From positions 448,001-512,000 of the forward strand of contig OX638340.1 in the NCBI GenBank assembly GCA_951812955.1: 64,000 nt of DNA, given 5' to 3'. The notes beneath the pieces were generated by a model that searched no databases, was not told the DNA's origin, and saw only the letters and a list, made by a program, of their open reading frames with translations. This stretch comes from an uncultured Gemmatimonadota bacterium (GTDB taxonomy: Bacteria; JAAXHH01). Every line of letters begins with the position of its first letter. Within the stretch, counting starts at the first letter, position 1. The position numbers were made by a program, and so were the translations under genes. Shown here in pieces: positions 1 through 10,039 of the stretch.

Positions 1-293
1 CTCCGGCAGATTTCGGCCATGAGATCGCTGAAAATGTACGGACGCAGGCTGGGGTTCTCCCGGTGCCGATTGGAAACGAAGTACCTCTTGCCCTTGTGAT
101 TGATTCCCCGTGTGGTCTCGTCTGCCTCGGCCATCTGGGCTTCCATTTCCTCGGTCAGCCGATCGCACTCGCCGCGTATGTACGCCAGCATCGCGTCGTC
201 CATGGCCGACTCGAGGATGAAGTACCCTTCCTCTTGGTACTGCTCTTTCTGTTCTACCGTTATTTCGACAGGTTGCGCCTTGGTTTCCGTCAT
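1..293 (-). CDS. Phytanoyl-CoA dioxygenase (PhyH) family Fe(II)/2OG oxygenase, N-terminal part only (gene runs off the window edge)
   Basis: The minus-strand ATG overlaps the SDR stop (TAATG). The translation [46 protein letters not shown]... matches the typical PhyH N-terminus (EQ..Q..EDGY..L). Not listed in the ORF track because it is truncated. Confidence 0.55.
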   Translation of the reverse strand, partial: MTETKAQPVEITVEQKEQYQEEGYFILESAMDDAMLAYIRGECDRLTEEMEAQMAEADETTRGINHKGKRYFVSNRHRENPSLRPYIFSDLMAEICR

Positions 294-1051
294 TATCCCC
301 GTCCTATGTAGGGCATGGTCGTCGCCATGACTGTTATGAACTGTACGTTGGCGTCAAGGGACAAACCGGCCATGAAGACGATGGCGTCGGCCACGTTCTT
401 CACGTGCATCCGCGCCTCGGCCACCAGGTCGCCGCTCGGCTGCAGGATGCCCTCTTTCATCCGCTCCGTCATTTCCGTGGCCGCGTTGCCGATGTCGATC
501 TGGCCGCAGGCGATGTTGTATTTCCGGCCATCGAGGGAAGTCGAACGCGTCAAACCGGTTACGGCGTGTTTCGTAGCCGTGTACGGCGCCGAATTCGGCC
601 GCGGCACCTGGGCGGAAACCGACCCGTTGTTGATGATCCGGCCGCCTTGCGGGTCCTGGTCCTTCATGATCTTGAAGGCTTCCCTGGTACAAAGGAAGGA
701 ACCGGTCAGGTTGACGTCCACCACGGTCTGCCACTGTTCGGCCGTCAGTTCCTCTAGGAGTACCGCGGGCGCGCCGGTTCCCGCATTGTTGAACAGCAAG
801 TCCAGCCGTCCGTAGGCCGCCTTTGTTTCGGCGAAGAGACGTTCGACCTGCGAAGCATCGCCCACGTCCGTTGGGACGACGACCAGTCGATCCGCGGCGT
901 CGCCGGCTTCGGTCACGGTCGACTCCAAAGCTTCCCTTCTCCTTCCAGCAAGTACCACGCTGAAGCCCGCGTCAAGCAGGGCGAGGGAACAGGCCTTGCC
1001 TATCCCGGAACCCGCCCCGGTCACTACGGCGACTTTCTTACCTGCGCTCAT
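293..1051 (-). CDS. SDR family NAD(P)-dependent oxidoreductase
   Basis: 252 aa with an N-terminal [10 protein letters not shown] Rossmann motif, an NNAG motif and a Y..xK catalytic region (YTATK). Confidence 0.9.
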   Translation of the reverse strand: MSAGKKVAVVTGAGSGIGKACSLALLDAGFSVVLAGRRREALESTVTEAGDAADRLVVVPTDVGDASQVERLFAETKAAYGRLDLLFNNAGTGAPAVLLEELTAEQWQTVVDVNLTGSFLCTREAFKIMKDQDPQGGRIINNGSVSAQVPRPNSAPYTATKHAVTGLTRSTSLDGRKYNIACGQIDIGNAATEMTERMKEGILQPSGDLVAEARMHVKNVADAIVFMAGLSLDANVQFITVMATTMPYIGRG

Positions 1052-1278
1052 GCTGTGCTCCTATCTCAGGTGTAGATACAATGTTTATACGTCCCTCAGT
1101 TAATTTTACATCCATTTGGTTCTCGGTTATTCGTCCATCAGTTTACCGGGTATATACGTCGATCATCGCTATGGTCATGCTGTTTGTCGATTCGTCTCTG
1201 CAACTAACAAATCCGGGATGGCTCCTGCAATCTTTTTTCACGAATACGGGTCCGCTGCGTCATGCTCGGCATCATACA

Positions 1279-2352
1279 TCACGAATACGGATCCGCTGCG
1301 TCGCGCAAGGCGTCTCCCAGGAAGTTGAAGGCTATGACGACGACCAGGACGGGGGCTGCGGGAAACAGCAGCCATGGATGGTTGAGCAGCACGGTCACCC
1401 GCTGCGCTTCCTCGAGCAGGACGCCCCAGCTGGTCATGGGAGGCCGGATGCCCAGTCCGAGAAAACTCAGGGCGGTTTCGCCCAGGATCATGCCGGGGAT
1501 GGCCAGTGTGGCCACGACGATGATGTGGCTGTAGCACCCGGGCATCAGGTGGCGCGAGATGATGTACCAGTGTCCCGCGCCAGCAGACCGCGCTGCCGTG
1601 GTGTAATCCTGTTCCCGGAAAACGAGGACCTTGCCCCGGACTTCGCGCGCCAGGCCGCCCCAGCTGATGATGGACAGGATGATGGTGATGCCCAGGTAGG
1701 TTTCGATACTCGTCCACCCGGCCGGTAGCGCAGCCCCGAGGGCCATCCAGAGCGGAATTGGCGGAAAAGACGCCAGGATTTCGACGACACGCTGCAGGGC
1801 GTGGTCTATCCAGCCACCGAAGTACCCTGACAGCGTGCCCAGGACGGAGCCCAGGATCAGGCTGAGGAAAACGCCGATGATTCCTACCGTGAGGGAGACC
1901 CGGGCGCCGTGGAAGATGCGCGAGAGCAGGTCGCGCCCCATGCGGTCCGTACCGAGCAGGTACATGGGACCCGCTGAATGGACCAGCCGGAAGTCTCCGC
2001 CCCCGTCACGCGACAGAAACCGGACCGGGAACCGTTGAGAACGGTCCGTCTCGTACTCCAGTTCCAGCGTTTCCGGGTTCTGCGTGGAAGTCAGTCCGTT
2101 GACGTAGAACCCGGCGGACCAGTCGAAATGCAAATCCTGGGGTGGAAGATATCGGACCTGGATCCGGATGTCGTTGTGGTCGTACGGGGAGAAAAAACCG
2201 GCGAATAACGCCACCAGGTAGAACAGTCCCAGGATCGCCCCCGCCGCGATCCCCATGCGGTTCTTCCGGAACCGACGCCAAATCAGCGTGCGGTAGCTCA
2301 GATAGCCCGCATCCCGGACCGTTTCTGCCTGATCGACCGTGGTCGTAGTCAT
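1279..2352 (-). CDS. Peptide/nickel ABC transporter permease (DppC/OppC-like) with a long N-terminal periplasmic extension
   Basis: 357 aa. Multi-TM core with the BPD_transp_1 signature region (SIIAWGGLAREVRG...) and a C-terminal ...NFLGDALRDAADPY typical of DppC/OppC. Confidence 0.9.
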   Translation of the reverse strand: MTTTTVDQAETVRDAGYLSYRTLIWRRFRKNRMGIAAGAILGLFYLVALFAGFFSPYDHNDIRIQVRYLPPQDLHFDWSAGFYVNGLTSTQNPETLELEYETDRSQRFPVRFLSRDGGGDFRLVHSAGPMYLLGTDRMGRDLLSRIFHGARVSLTVGIIGVFLSLILGSVLGTLSGYFGGWIDHALQRVVEILASFPPIPLWMALGAALPAGWTSIETYLGITIILSIISWGGLAREVRGKVLVFREQDYTTAARSAGAGHWYIISRHLMPGCYSHIIVVATLAIPGMILGETALSFLGLGIRPPMTSWGVLLEEAQRVTVLLNHPWLLFPAAPVLVVVIAFNFLGDALRDAADPYS

Positions 2353-2355
2353 GGG

Positions 2356-2443
2356 TTTGCTCCGCTTGCGCCGCTTACTCCGAGAACGCTTGCTCCGCTT
2401 GTTCCGCTTAGTCCGCTTGCTCCGCTTTGTCCGCGAACGCTGC
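2356..2443. repeat. Imperfect tandem decamer repeat (TTGCTCCGCT-like, about 8 copies) in the intergenic spacer between two permease genes of one operon
   Basis: The plus strand reads tttgctccgcttgcgccgcttactccgagaacgcttgctccgcttgttccgcttagtccgcttgctccgctttgtccgcgaacgc. On the mRNA (minus) strand this gives AAGCGGA(G/A/C)CA repeats ending in a GGAG 7 nt upstream of the downstream ATG. Confidence 0.6.
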
Positions 2444-2466
2444 CATTCATTAAAAGGCCAACTGCA

Positions 2467-3453
2467 CTAGTCATATCGTATCCTCGGATCCGCCCAGGCC
2501 AGCGCGATGTCGGCCAGGATATTGCCGATGATCAGAAGCAGGCTGAACATCATCAGCAGGGTACCCGCCAGGTAAATGTCCTCGGCGACCAGGGCCCGTA
2601 GCAGCAGCGGCCCCACGGTAGGCAATCCCAGGACGATCGCCACGATCGTGGCCCCGGAGAGGATGTTGGGCAGGCTCATGCCCAGGATCGTGATCAGCGG
2701 ATTGATGGCGATGCGCGCCGCGTGCTTTATGACGACGACGGATTCCTTAAGGCCCTTGGCGCGGGCTGTCTGCACGAAAGGCTGGCCCAGGACGTCCAGC
2801 AGGTTGCCGCGCATGATACGCATGAGCCCGGCCGTGCCGTTGATGCCCACCACGATGACCGGGATCCAGAGGTGCTTCAGGAAATCGACAAGCTTGTCCC
2901 ATGTCCATGGCGCTCCTTCGTACTCGCTCGAGAAAAGCCCGAACAAGGGTATCCTGTAGATCTCGAACACGAAGACCAGGAGGGCCAGGGCCAGCAGGAA
3001 ACCCGGCATGGACATGCCGATGAAGCTGATGAAGGACAGCACGTTGTCGGATAGACGGTACTGGTGGGTGGCCGAGTAGATACCGATGGGTATCGCCACG
3101 GCGTAGGTGAACATCAGGGCGCCCAGGGCGATGAGCACGGTAAAGGCAAGCCGGTCCCAGATCAGCTGGTTGACTTCCTGCTCGTATTCGAAGGACTCGC
3201 CGAAATCGCCCACGACGAACCCTGATATCCAGTCCACGTACTGCCGCCACATGGGCTGGTCCAGGCCGTAACGTTCGCGAAGTTCATCGATGCGCGCGAT
3301 GGAGCTGCTGTCACCGTACATTTCTTCCAGCTCCTGGATCTTGCGGTCCAGGAAATCACCCTCCGGCAACTGGATGATGACGAACCCTATCATCGATATG
3401 GCCAGGAGGGTCGGGATGGCGAGGAGACAGCGCTGTATGACGTAATGGATCAT
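2467..3453 (-). CDS. Peptide/nickel ABC transporter permease (DppB/OppB-like)
   Basis: 328 aa. N-terminal MIHYVIQRCLLAIPTLLAISMIGFVII, a conserved ARAKGL motif, and the ...WADPRIRYD C-terminus typical of DppB. Confidence 0.9.
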   Translation of the reverse strand: MIHYVIQRCLLAIPTLLAISMIGFVIIQLPEGDFLDRKIQELEEMYGDSSSIARIDELRERYGLDQPMWRQYVDWISGFVVGDFGESFEYEQEVNQLIWDRLAFTVLIALGALMFTYAVAIPIGIYSATHQYRLSDNVLSFISFIGMSMPGFLLALALLVFVFEIYRIPLFGLFSSEYEGAPWTWDKLVDFLKHLWIPVIVVGINGTAGLMRIMRGNLLDVLGQPFVQTARAKGLKESVVVIKHAARIAINPLITILGMSLPNILSGATIVAIVLGLPTVGPLLLRALVAEDIYLAGTLLMMFSLLLIIGNILADIALAWADPRIRYD

Positions 3454-3518
3454 GGGTTAACCAGGGGACAGGCCGCGGTCCATGGACTGCCCGGCATGCG
3501 GTATGTGTGATCATCCCT

Positions 3519-5477
3519 TCAGTCGATGTAAAACTGCTCGGGGAAACTCGTCGCGGGACCCGCGATGGCCCACGGGCCGAGTATTCCGCTGTCGGGTACG
3601 TTATGGAAGTTGTTCTTCACGATGACGGGCTTGGGCGTACGAGCTACCGTGCCCAGATGAAAGGGTCCATGTTCGATGTGGATCCGCACGGCGTCCTGTA
3701 CCAGCCGATGACGGGCGTCCAGGTCCTTCTCCCGCTTGATCCGGTCGTAGATATCGAGCAGTGCGACCATGACGCCCGTGGGCGCCTCGCCCTTTTCGCC
3801 GCCCGTTTCGTACCACTTGCCCACCTTGGGATGCCAGTATTTCCCAGACGTTGGAAACACCCAGTCGGGGTAGGTGAACAGGTCCATTTCCGCCTCGCCG
3901 TGGAGATGGGCGGTGAACTCGCCGAGGTCGCGACGCAGTTTCAATTCGGCGCCGGGTGGCGTATAGACTAGGACGTCCAGTCCCAGTTCCCGCCAACCCT
4001 CGGCCACGATCAGGGCGACGTCATTCTCGTGGGCGATGTGCGCCGCCGCCGGCGCGTCCAGCACGAGGGTCAGCCGCTGGCCATCGGGACGAACCCGGTA
4101 CCCTTCGGCGTCACGGCGGGTAAGCCCCATCTCGTCGAGCAGCCTGTTCGCCATTTCCAAGTCGAATTCCGCGTCGGTAGCCTTCCACAGGTCGAAGAGC
4201 CGTGCGCCCTCCGTGTCCAGGAAATGCCAGCCTTCCTCGCTCACGGTGGCGCCCTGGGGCTCCACCAGGCCCTTGAAGGCGACGGCGTTGCATTTCTCGC
4301 GGTCGATGGCCGCGGCGAGGGCCTTCCGGAATCGCTGGTCTCGTATCAGGCCGCGGAGGACCGGGTCGTTGTCCGACCAGTTGAGGTTGATCGCGGGATC
4401 CGCGCCGGATGCACTCTCCCACAATTTGACCCGGTATCCGCCCTTTTCCCGGCTTTCCATGAAGAGCGAGAAGTCCCGCAGGTCGAGATCACGGAACTGG
4501 CAGTCCACTTCTCCGGCCAGCACCCGCAGGACCCGGATCTGAGACTCAGGGACCAGGGTCGTAACCACCCTGTCGATATAAGGCAACTGGCGCCCGTTGT
4601 CATCCACGACGTAGTAGTAGGGGTTGCGTTCCAGGATCACCCGGAATCCGCCCTTCTCGATGCGGGAGATCGTCCACGGCCACAGGGAAGGCTTTTCCGG
4701 GTTGCGCTGGGGCAGCCTGTGCTTCTCGTATAACACGAAGTCGTCCACCCCGGCGTTGTGGTCCGGATGGAACTGCTTCATGTAGTGTTCCGGCACGTTA
4801 TACTCTTCGCTCCACCAGAAGCCGGTCGCCAGCCACAGGGGCACGAGCCAGTTGGGCCCGGCGAATTTCATGACGATGGTGTAGTCGTCCGGTGTTTCCA
4901 CCTCCATGGGCTTGCCGTCCACGAGACACCACACGGGCGGCGGGTAACGGTGTCGGTCGTCGAGACACAGGTCGTACCACGCGCGGAAGGAAGCCGAAGT
5001 AAAGGGATGGCCATCGGACCACCGCACGCCCTCACGCAGTTTGAGGGTCAGCGCCGTGCCGTCCTCGTTAAACGCCCACGATTCCGCCAGGCCGGGCTCG
5101 AGGCCCGTGGTCATCCGGTTCCAACGGATCAGCGGGGCGTATCCGGCGATCATCTTCCAGGTGCCGAGGTCCGTATTGTTGTGCAATTGACGCCAGGTCC
5201 CGCCGTAGACTCCGGGACCATCGTACCCTTCGTAATCATTTTTGGCCACGAGCGGGTTGGCGGGGATCCGTTCGTGAAGGGGCGGCAGGTTGCCCTCAGC
5301 TACCCGGGCGGCCAGTTGTGGCGCTTCCAGCGACGAGCGGGCCGATGCGTCGGAAACCGGTACGTCCGATGCGGGTCCGCCGCCATTGCCGGTACAGGCC
5401 AGCAGTCCGGTCAGGGCAATAAGAGGCAGGTAATTCAGTATCTCTCTCGTTCTTCGTCTCATCCGTGACTCCAACAA
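3519..5477 (-). CDS. ABC transporter substrate-binding protein, family 5 (peptide/nickel/opine type), lipoprotein
   Basis: 652 aa. Signal peptide with the lipobox LLAC. Size and architecture match SBP_bac_5. It sits between the ATPase and permease genes. Confidence 0.85.
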   Translation of the reverse strand: MLESRMRRRTREILNYLPLIALTGLLACTGNGGGPASDVPVSDASARSSLEAPQLAARVAEGNLPPLHERIPANPLVAKNDYEGYDGPGVYGGTWRQLHNNTDLGTWKMIAGYAPLIRWNRMTTGLEPGLAESWAFNEDGTALTLKLREGVRWSDGHPFTSASFRAWYDLCLDDRHRYPPPVWCLVDGKPMEVETPDDYTIVMKFAGPNWLVPLWLATGFWWSEEYNVPEHYMKQFHPDHNAGVDDFVLYEKHRLPQRNPEKPSLWPWTISRIEKGGFRVILERNPYYYVVDDNGRQLPYIDRVVTTLVPESQIRVLRVLAGEVDCQFRDLDLRDFSLFMESREKGGYRVKLWESASGADPAINLNWSDNDPVLRGLIRDQRFRKALAAAIDREKCNAVAFKGLVEPQGATVSEEGWHFLDTEGARLFDLWKATDAEFDLEMANRLLDEMGLTRRDAEGYRVRPDGQRLTLVLDAPAAAHIAHENDVALIVAEGWRELGLDVLVYTPPGAELKLRRDLGEFTAHLHGEAEMDLFTYPDWVFPTSGKYWHPKVGKWYETGGEKGEAPTGVMVALLDIYDRIKREKDLDARHRLVQDAVRIHIEHGPFHLGTVARTPKPVIVKNNFHNVPDSGILGPWAIAGPATSFPEQFYID

Positions 5478-5493
5478 TCGAATTTTTGGCCGG

Positions 5494-6492
5494 TCAAACG
5501 CCCTGGAGAGACAGCGTGTCGCTGTAATGGCACGCCGCTTCGACGCCTCCGGGGTAGGTCTTCAGCGGGGGATCGGACTCCCGGCACAGGTCGGTTGCGT
5601 ATCGACACCTCGGATGGAAATAGCACCCTTTCGGCGGCGATGCGGGATCGGGCACGTCGCCGGGCAGGGCGATGCGCTTCCGTTTCTTCTGCACCGCGGG
5701 ATCGGCCACCGGCACGGCGGAGATCAGGGCCTCCGTGTATGGGTGGAGCGGGTTGTGGTAGACCTGTTCGGAGGGACCCGTTTCCACGATCCGGCCCAGG
5801 TACATGATCGCCACCCGGTCGCTGATGTGCTGCAGCACGCTCAGGTCGTGCGTGATGAAGATATAGGACAGGTCCAGGCGGTCCTTGAGCGAGACAAGCA
5901 GGTTCAGAATCTGTGACTGGACCGATACGTCCAGCGCCGATACGGGTTCGTCCGCTATGACCAGTTCCGGCCTCAGGGAAAGAGCCCGGGCGATGCCGAT
6001 GCGCTGGCGCTGGCCACCGCTGAAGGCGTGAGGATAGCGTCGCATGTCCGCTGCGTTCAGTCCCACGTCCGCCAGCAAGCCGGCTACTTGGTCTTCCAGC
6101 TCCGACCCCCGGGCCAGCCCGTTCACACGAAGGGGTTCCCCCACGATATCACCCACCGTCATCCGTGGATTGAGGGAGGAATTCGGATCCTGGAACACCA
6201 TCTGCATCCGGCGCCGGTAGGGCTTCATTCCACGCCGGTCAAGGGAGCTCAGATTCGCCTTCTCCGCACCGAAGTAAATATCGCCCTCCGTGGACGGGAT
6301 CGTCTTCAGCACGCAGCGTCCCAGGGTGGTCTTGCCGCAACCGCTTTCGCCCGCCAGTCCCAGGGTCTCCCCTGCGTCGCAGTGGAGATCCACGCCGTCC
6401 ACTGCCCGGACGTCGCCCCGCTTGCGGCGCCATAGCCCCTTGCGGACAGGGTAGTATTTCTTCAGGTTCCGCACCTCGAGAATGGTGGACAT
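5494..6492 (-). CDS. ABC transporter ATP-binding protein (DppF/OppF-like)
   Basis: Walker [13 protein letters not shown] signature LSGGQRQR, Walker B LVIADEP, and the C-terminal oligopeptide-ABC extension. I trimmed the start from the ORF-track start (6648) to the ATG at 6492, which is preceded by GGAG; the N-terminal 52 aa of the longer ORF have no ABC character. Confidence 0.9.
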   Translation of the reverse strand: MSTILEVRNLKKYYPVRKGLWRRKRGDVRAVDGVDLHCDAGETLGLAGESGCGKTTLGRCVLKTIPSTEGDIYFGAEKANLSSLDRRGMKPYRRRMQMVFQDPNSSLNPRMTVGDIVGEPLRVNGLARGSELEDQVAGLLADVGLNAADMRRYPHAFSGGQRQRIGIARALSLRPELVIADEPVSALDVSVQSQILNLLVSLKDRLDLSYIFITHDLSVLQHISDRVAIMYLGRIVETGPSEQVYHNPLHPYTEALISAVPVADPAVQKKRKRIALPGDVPDPASPPKGCYFHPRCRYATDLCRESDPPLKTYPGGVEAACHYSDTLSLQGV

Positions 6493-6657
6493 GACGGGTG
6501 CTCCGTGGACATCTGCGTCTGGATGGATGAGGGCGCCGGTTGCTTCGAGGCCTGGTGGCGCTGCATGCTGGCGAACAAAACGGCAATCGCCGAAACACAG
6601 GTGGCCGGTCCTGCAAGCGGCCTGCCCACAAGCGGCCCGGGCCCGCAAACGGTCGGC

Positions 6658-7662
6658 CTATCGATCCAGAGCTACGCGTTCAACGTGCCAGCACCGTGCG
6701 CGGTGCCCTTCTGTAATTTCCTCTAACATTGGTTCCGTGGTGCACTGCTCCGTGGCGTACCGGCAACGAGGCGCGAATGCGCAGCCCTTCGGCAAGTTGA
6801 GCGGCGAGGGAACCGTACCCGGTATCGTAGACAGCATGGATGCCCTTTCTCGATTTATCCGCGGCGCCGAATCGAGCAGTCCCCTGGTATACGGATGGGC
6901 AGGATGGTAGAAGATCCTTTCGGGCGAGCCGGTTTCGACCACCTGCCCAGCGTACATGATCATGATTTCGTCGGCCATGTCGGCGATCACCCCCAGGTCG
7001 TGTGTGATCATCAGGATGGCCATATTATGGCTTTTCTGGAGTTCTCTCAGCAGGTCGAGGATCTGGGCCTGGATCGTCACGTCCAGCGCCGTGGTGGGCT
7101 CGTCGGCGATCAGCAGTTCGGGACCGCACGACAGGGCCATGGCGATCATGGCGCGCTGCCGCATGCCGCCGGACAATTCGTGGGGGTACTCATCCACCCG
7201 CTGCCGCGCACCGGGTATGCCGACCTCGGAAAGGGCCTGCACCGCGCGGGAACGGGCATGCTCCCGGTCCATGCCGTGGTGCAGGCGGAGGGCTTCGCCT
7301 ATCTGGTTCCCCACGGTGTATACCGGGTTGAGGGCGGTCATGGGTTCCTGGAAGATCATGGCGATTTTTCGGCCCCGGATTCTCCGCATTTCATCGCCAT
7401 TCTGCTCGAGATCGTGAATCCCGATGCCTGAACCGCCTTCCCGATCGTGAAGAACGATCTCTCCTTCCACGTAACCCGGTCTGGGAACCAGGCGCATCAG
7501 GGACAGCCCCATCATGCTCTTGCCGCAGCCGCTTTCACCGACCACACCGAGTGTTCTGCCTCGCCTGATCTGAAACGAAACGTCGCGCACGGCCCGGACG
7601 GGACCGTCGTCTGTGGGGATTATGGCGGACAGGTGCGATATATCGAGAAGGAGGTCGTGCAT
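6658..7662 (-). CDS. ABC transporter ATP-binding protein (DppD/OppD-like)
   Basis: Walker [10 protein letters not shown], signature LSGGMRQR, Walker B LLIADEPTTALD, and the C-terminal Cys-containing OppD-type extension. Confidence 0.9.
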   Translation of the reverse strand: MHDLLLDISHLSAIIPTDDGPVRAVRDVSFQIRRGRTLGVVGESGCGKSMMGLSLMRLVPRPGYVEGEIVLHDREGGSGIGIHDLEQNGDEMRRIRGRKIAMIFQEPMTALNPVYTVGNQIGEALRLHHGMDREHARSRAVQALSEVGIPGARQRVDEYPHELSGGMRQRAMIAMALSCGPELLIADEPTTALDVTIQAQILDLLRELQKSHNMAILMITHDLGVIADMADEIMIMYAGQVVETGSPERIFYHPAHPYTRGLLDSAPRINRERASMLSTIPGTVPSPLNLPKGCAFAPRCRYATEQCTTEPMLEEITEGHRARCWHVERVALDR

Positions 7663-7828
7663 ACAAGTTCATTGTAACGCCCTGTTCGAAGGGATGTCAA
7701 GGTGTACGGACGGTGGAGGCAGTGTAATTTTGAAGAAACCGGGGCGCTGGTTTGTAAGACTTAAAACTGTATTCTCTCATTCAACCCAAACGGATCTACC
7801 AGGTCTGGATTTATTCAAGGAGTCGAAT

Positions 7829-9079
7829 ATGCATGTGTCAGAAACAGCCCGGAATGCCTGGACACGTCGAGGATTCATGAAGGGCGCGCTCGCCGCCGGA
7901 ACGGCCGGTGTCGCACTGTCCATGTCAGACAGGATTGCGATGGCCACGCAGTTGATCACGGGCGGAAAGCCCACAATCGAAGCCATCCGGGGCGTAGGCG
8001 TCCAGCCTGGTCTCGTTCGCATGAGCCTGAATGAGAATCCGCTGGGACCGTCGCCGCGGGCCATCGAAGCCATGGCGAACCGGTTGTTCGGCGTCAACCG
8101 CTATGGTACGGACCTGAGCGATCTGATGCAGGCCCTGTCGACCTTCGACGGGGTGGAACTGCCCGAGCCGGACAATTCAAGGCGGCGCTCGTTTTTCCGT
8201 CCGCCTCCCGGCCCATTCATGCTGACCCCGGGATCCAGTCTTATCCTCGACCTGCTGTGCCTGGCCTATCTCAGCCGCGACGGCGGCGAAGTCATCGAAG
8301 CGGAGTATGGCTACGGGTCCGTTTCCCGATCCGCCAGTGGTTTCAATGATATGTTCGGCGTCGACGTCAACATCATCCGGGCGCCGATGACACAGGAATA
8401 CAAGCACGACCTGGACGGGATGGCTTCCCTGGCATCCGAAAAGACCTCTCTGGTGGTCATCACCAATCCGAACAATCCCACGGGCACGTTGCTGCAGCCC
8501 GATGAAATCGAAGCTTTCGTCAAAAAGGTCCCTTCTTCGGCCATCGTGGTCATCGACGAGGCCTATCTGCACTTCGCGGAGCAGGACCCGATTCCCTCGG
8601 CCATCCCGCTCGCCGTCAAGTACGACAACGTGGTCGTGGTGAGAACCTTCTCCAAGGCCTACGCGCTCGCCGCTGTGAGACTGGGTTACTGTGTTGCCTC
8701 GCAAAAGGTCCAGGACGAATTGCGGAAGTACTACCAGGAATCTCCGAATGCCCTGGCCAGCGTGGCCGGCGCCGCAGCTGTGCGCGATCTCGAGCATCTT
8801 CAGAAGTCCAGAGAAGCCGTATGGGACTTCAAAAAGCGCTGTTACGCAGCCTTCGACGAGATGGGGATCGAGTACCTGCCGTCCCAGGGTACCTTCGTGA
8901 TGGCCGACCTGAAGCGGTCGGCGATGCAGGTAGTCAGGGAAATGCGGACACGTAACGTCTGGATAAGTTCCCGACGCCAGCAGGAATTTAGAAACTGGAT
9001 CAGGGTTTCCGCCGGTACCGAAGCGGAAACCGAGGTATTCATCCAGACCCTCAAGGACGTGCTGGCCAAGTCCAGCTAA
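7829..9079 (+). CDS. Class I/II pyridoxal-phosphate-dependent aminotransferase (HisC-like) with an N-terminal twin-arginine (Tat) signal peptide
   Basis: The start is set at the ATG at 7829 (AAGGAG 7 nt upstream). The longer track ORF (from 7613) overlaps the divergent ATPase gene. The N-terminus carries TRRGFMKGALAAGTAGVALS, a Tat motif of the S/T-R-R-x-F-L-K type. Also present: NENPLGPSP, ITNPNNPTG, and the PLP-lysine region TFSKAYALAAVRLGY. Confidence 0.8.
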   Translation: MHVSETARNAWTRRGFMKGALAAGTAGVALSMSDRIAMATQLITGGKPTIEAIRGVGVQPGLVRMSLNENPLGPSPRAIEAMANRLFGVNRYGTDLSDLMQALSTFDGVELPEPDNSRRRSFFRPPPGPFMLTPGSSLILDLLCLAYLSRDGGEVIEAEYGYGSVSRSASGFNDMFGVDVNIIRAPMTQEYKHDLDGMASLASEKTSLVVITNPNNPTGTLLQPDEIEAFVKKVPSSAIVVIDEAYLHFAEQDPIPSAIPLAVKYDNVVVVRTFSKAYALAAVRLGYCVASQKVQDELRKYYQESPNALASVAGAAAVRDLEHLQKSREAVWDFKKRCYAAFDEMGIEYLPSQGTFVMADLKRSAMQVVREMRTRNVWISSRRQQEFRNWIRVSAGTEAETEVFIQTLKDVLAKSS

Positions 9080-9153
9080 GGCCTTTTCGGAATAGGCCTT
9101 GTTTTATTTGATGAGAAAGCCCAGCGGTGTGGTCGCCGCTGGGCTTTAGTTTT
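9078..9153. terminator. Two tandem GC-rich hairpins with T-runs, likely a bidirectional terminator between convergent genes
   Basis: aaggcc-ttttcggaat-aggcctt followed by gttttattt, then aagcccagcgg-tgtggtcg-ccgctgggctt followed by tagttttcg. Confidence 0.5.
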
Positions 9154-9180
9154 CGATGTAAGTGCAAGCCGTTCGGAATG

Positions 9181-9953
9181 CTATTTCATAAGGTTCCTGG
9201 ACTCCACCCTCAACCAGTCTCTCTCGCGCTTGATGGTCTCCAGGTCACCTCTTCTGTAAAAGAAGCTCCACGGTTCGATTCCTCTCCTTCCAAACGTGGA
9301 TATCCTCTCTATCTCCGATTCCTGGAGATCAAGAAGCACCTGGATGATGCGACTTGGAAAGAAACCTCCGTAGGCTTCGCAAAGCACATTTAGTCTATCT
9401 CTCAATACAGGCGGTTCTTCGTAGCCGACCTTCCGCCAGGATTCGCTGCCGCGCGCAGGGGTACAAGATACCAGGCGATCTGTGCCAAATCTGTCACAGC
9501 CTCACCCGGTTCGGCGAAATCCCAGTCTATTACGCCCTGCAGCACGCCATCATGCCAAATTGTGTTCCAGGGGCCGAGATCGCCATGACGTATAATCAGA
9601 CCAGGCTGCCACTTCACATCCGGCGCACACCATTCGGTTTCTTCGGGAGGGACGTAATCTTTCACCGCGAGATGGTAGGATTTGAGAAACCCGGCCAACT
9701 GGCTCAGGCCGCTATCGGTCTTGAGTACTTCGGGCCAGGGTCTTAAGCCGGCTTTACCTTCGATGTAGGACAGTTCTTCGTACCCGTCTTTTAAGTCTGC
9801 AACACGTGGAACGCGTCCAAGACCGGCATCTTCAAGAAATCTGAGCAAGCCGTGCACCGCCGATGTCCATCGGTTCACCGGGCGTCGTACCAGACTCCCA
9901 ATGTGTTCGACGGTGTTCAAGGCACCGCGATTCATGTCGCGACCAGAAGTCAT
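9181..9953 (-). pseudogene. Phosphotransferase (APH/CHK kinase-like) gene apparently disrupted by a frameshift near 9402-9440, with low GC content
   Basis: ORF 9402..9953 carries the kinase catalytic motifs IIRHGDLGPWNTIW and GVIDWDFAEPG but stops early. The adjacent ORF 9181..9405, in a different frame, continues with APH C-terminal-like sequence (RLNVLCEAYGG...). GC is visibly lower (about 48-55%) than the flanking DNA. There is an intact paralog at 53253..54209. Confidence 0.5.
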
Positions 9954-9965
9954 ATACGACCCAAA

Positions 9966-10000
9966 GTAAAACGGGAGCGTGAGATACGACTCCCGCCCCC
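9966..10000 (-). terminator. Putative intrinsic terminator downstream of ftsH
   Basis: On the minus strand: cgggag-tcgtatctcacg-ctcccg followed by ttttactttgg. Confidence 0.4.
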
Positions 10001-10039
10001 GTTATCGCCGATCTTGTATTACCCGTTGTTTGCTTAGTC

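Noticed and set aside
6482-6910. Plus-strand 142-aa ORF in and around the gap between the two ATPase genes
   Set aside because: It overlaps both ATPase genes in antisense, and the gap itself is only about 165 nt.
7613-7828. N-terminal 72 codons of the long ORF-track version of the aminotransferase
   Set aside because: They overlap the divergent DppD gene. A good RBS and ATG sits at 7829, followed by a Tat signal.
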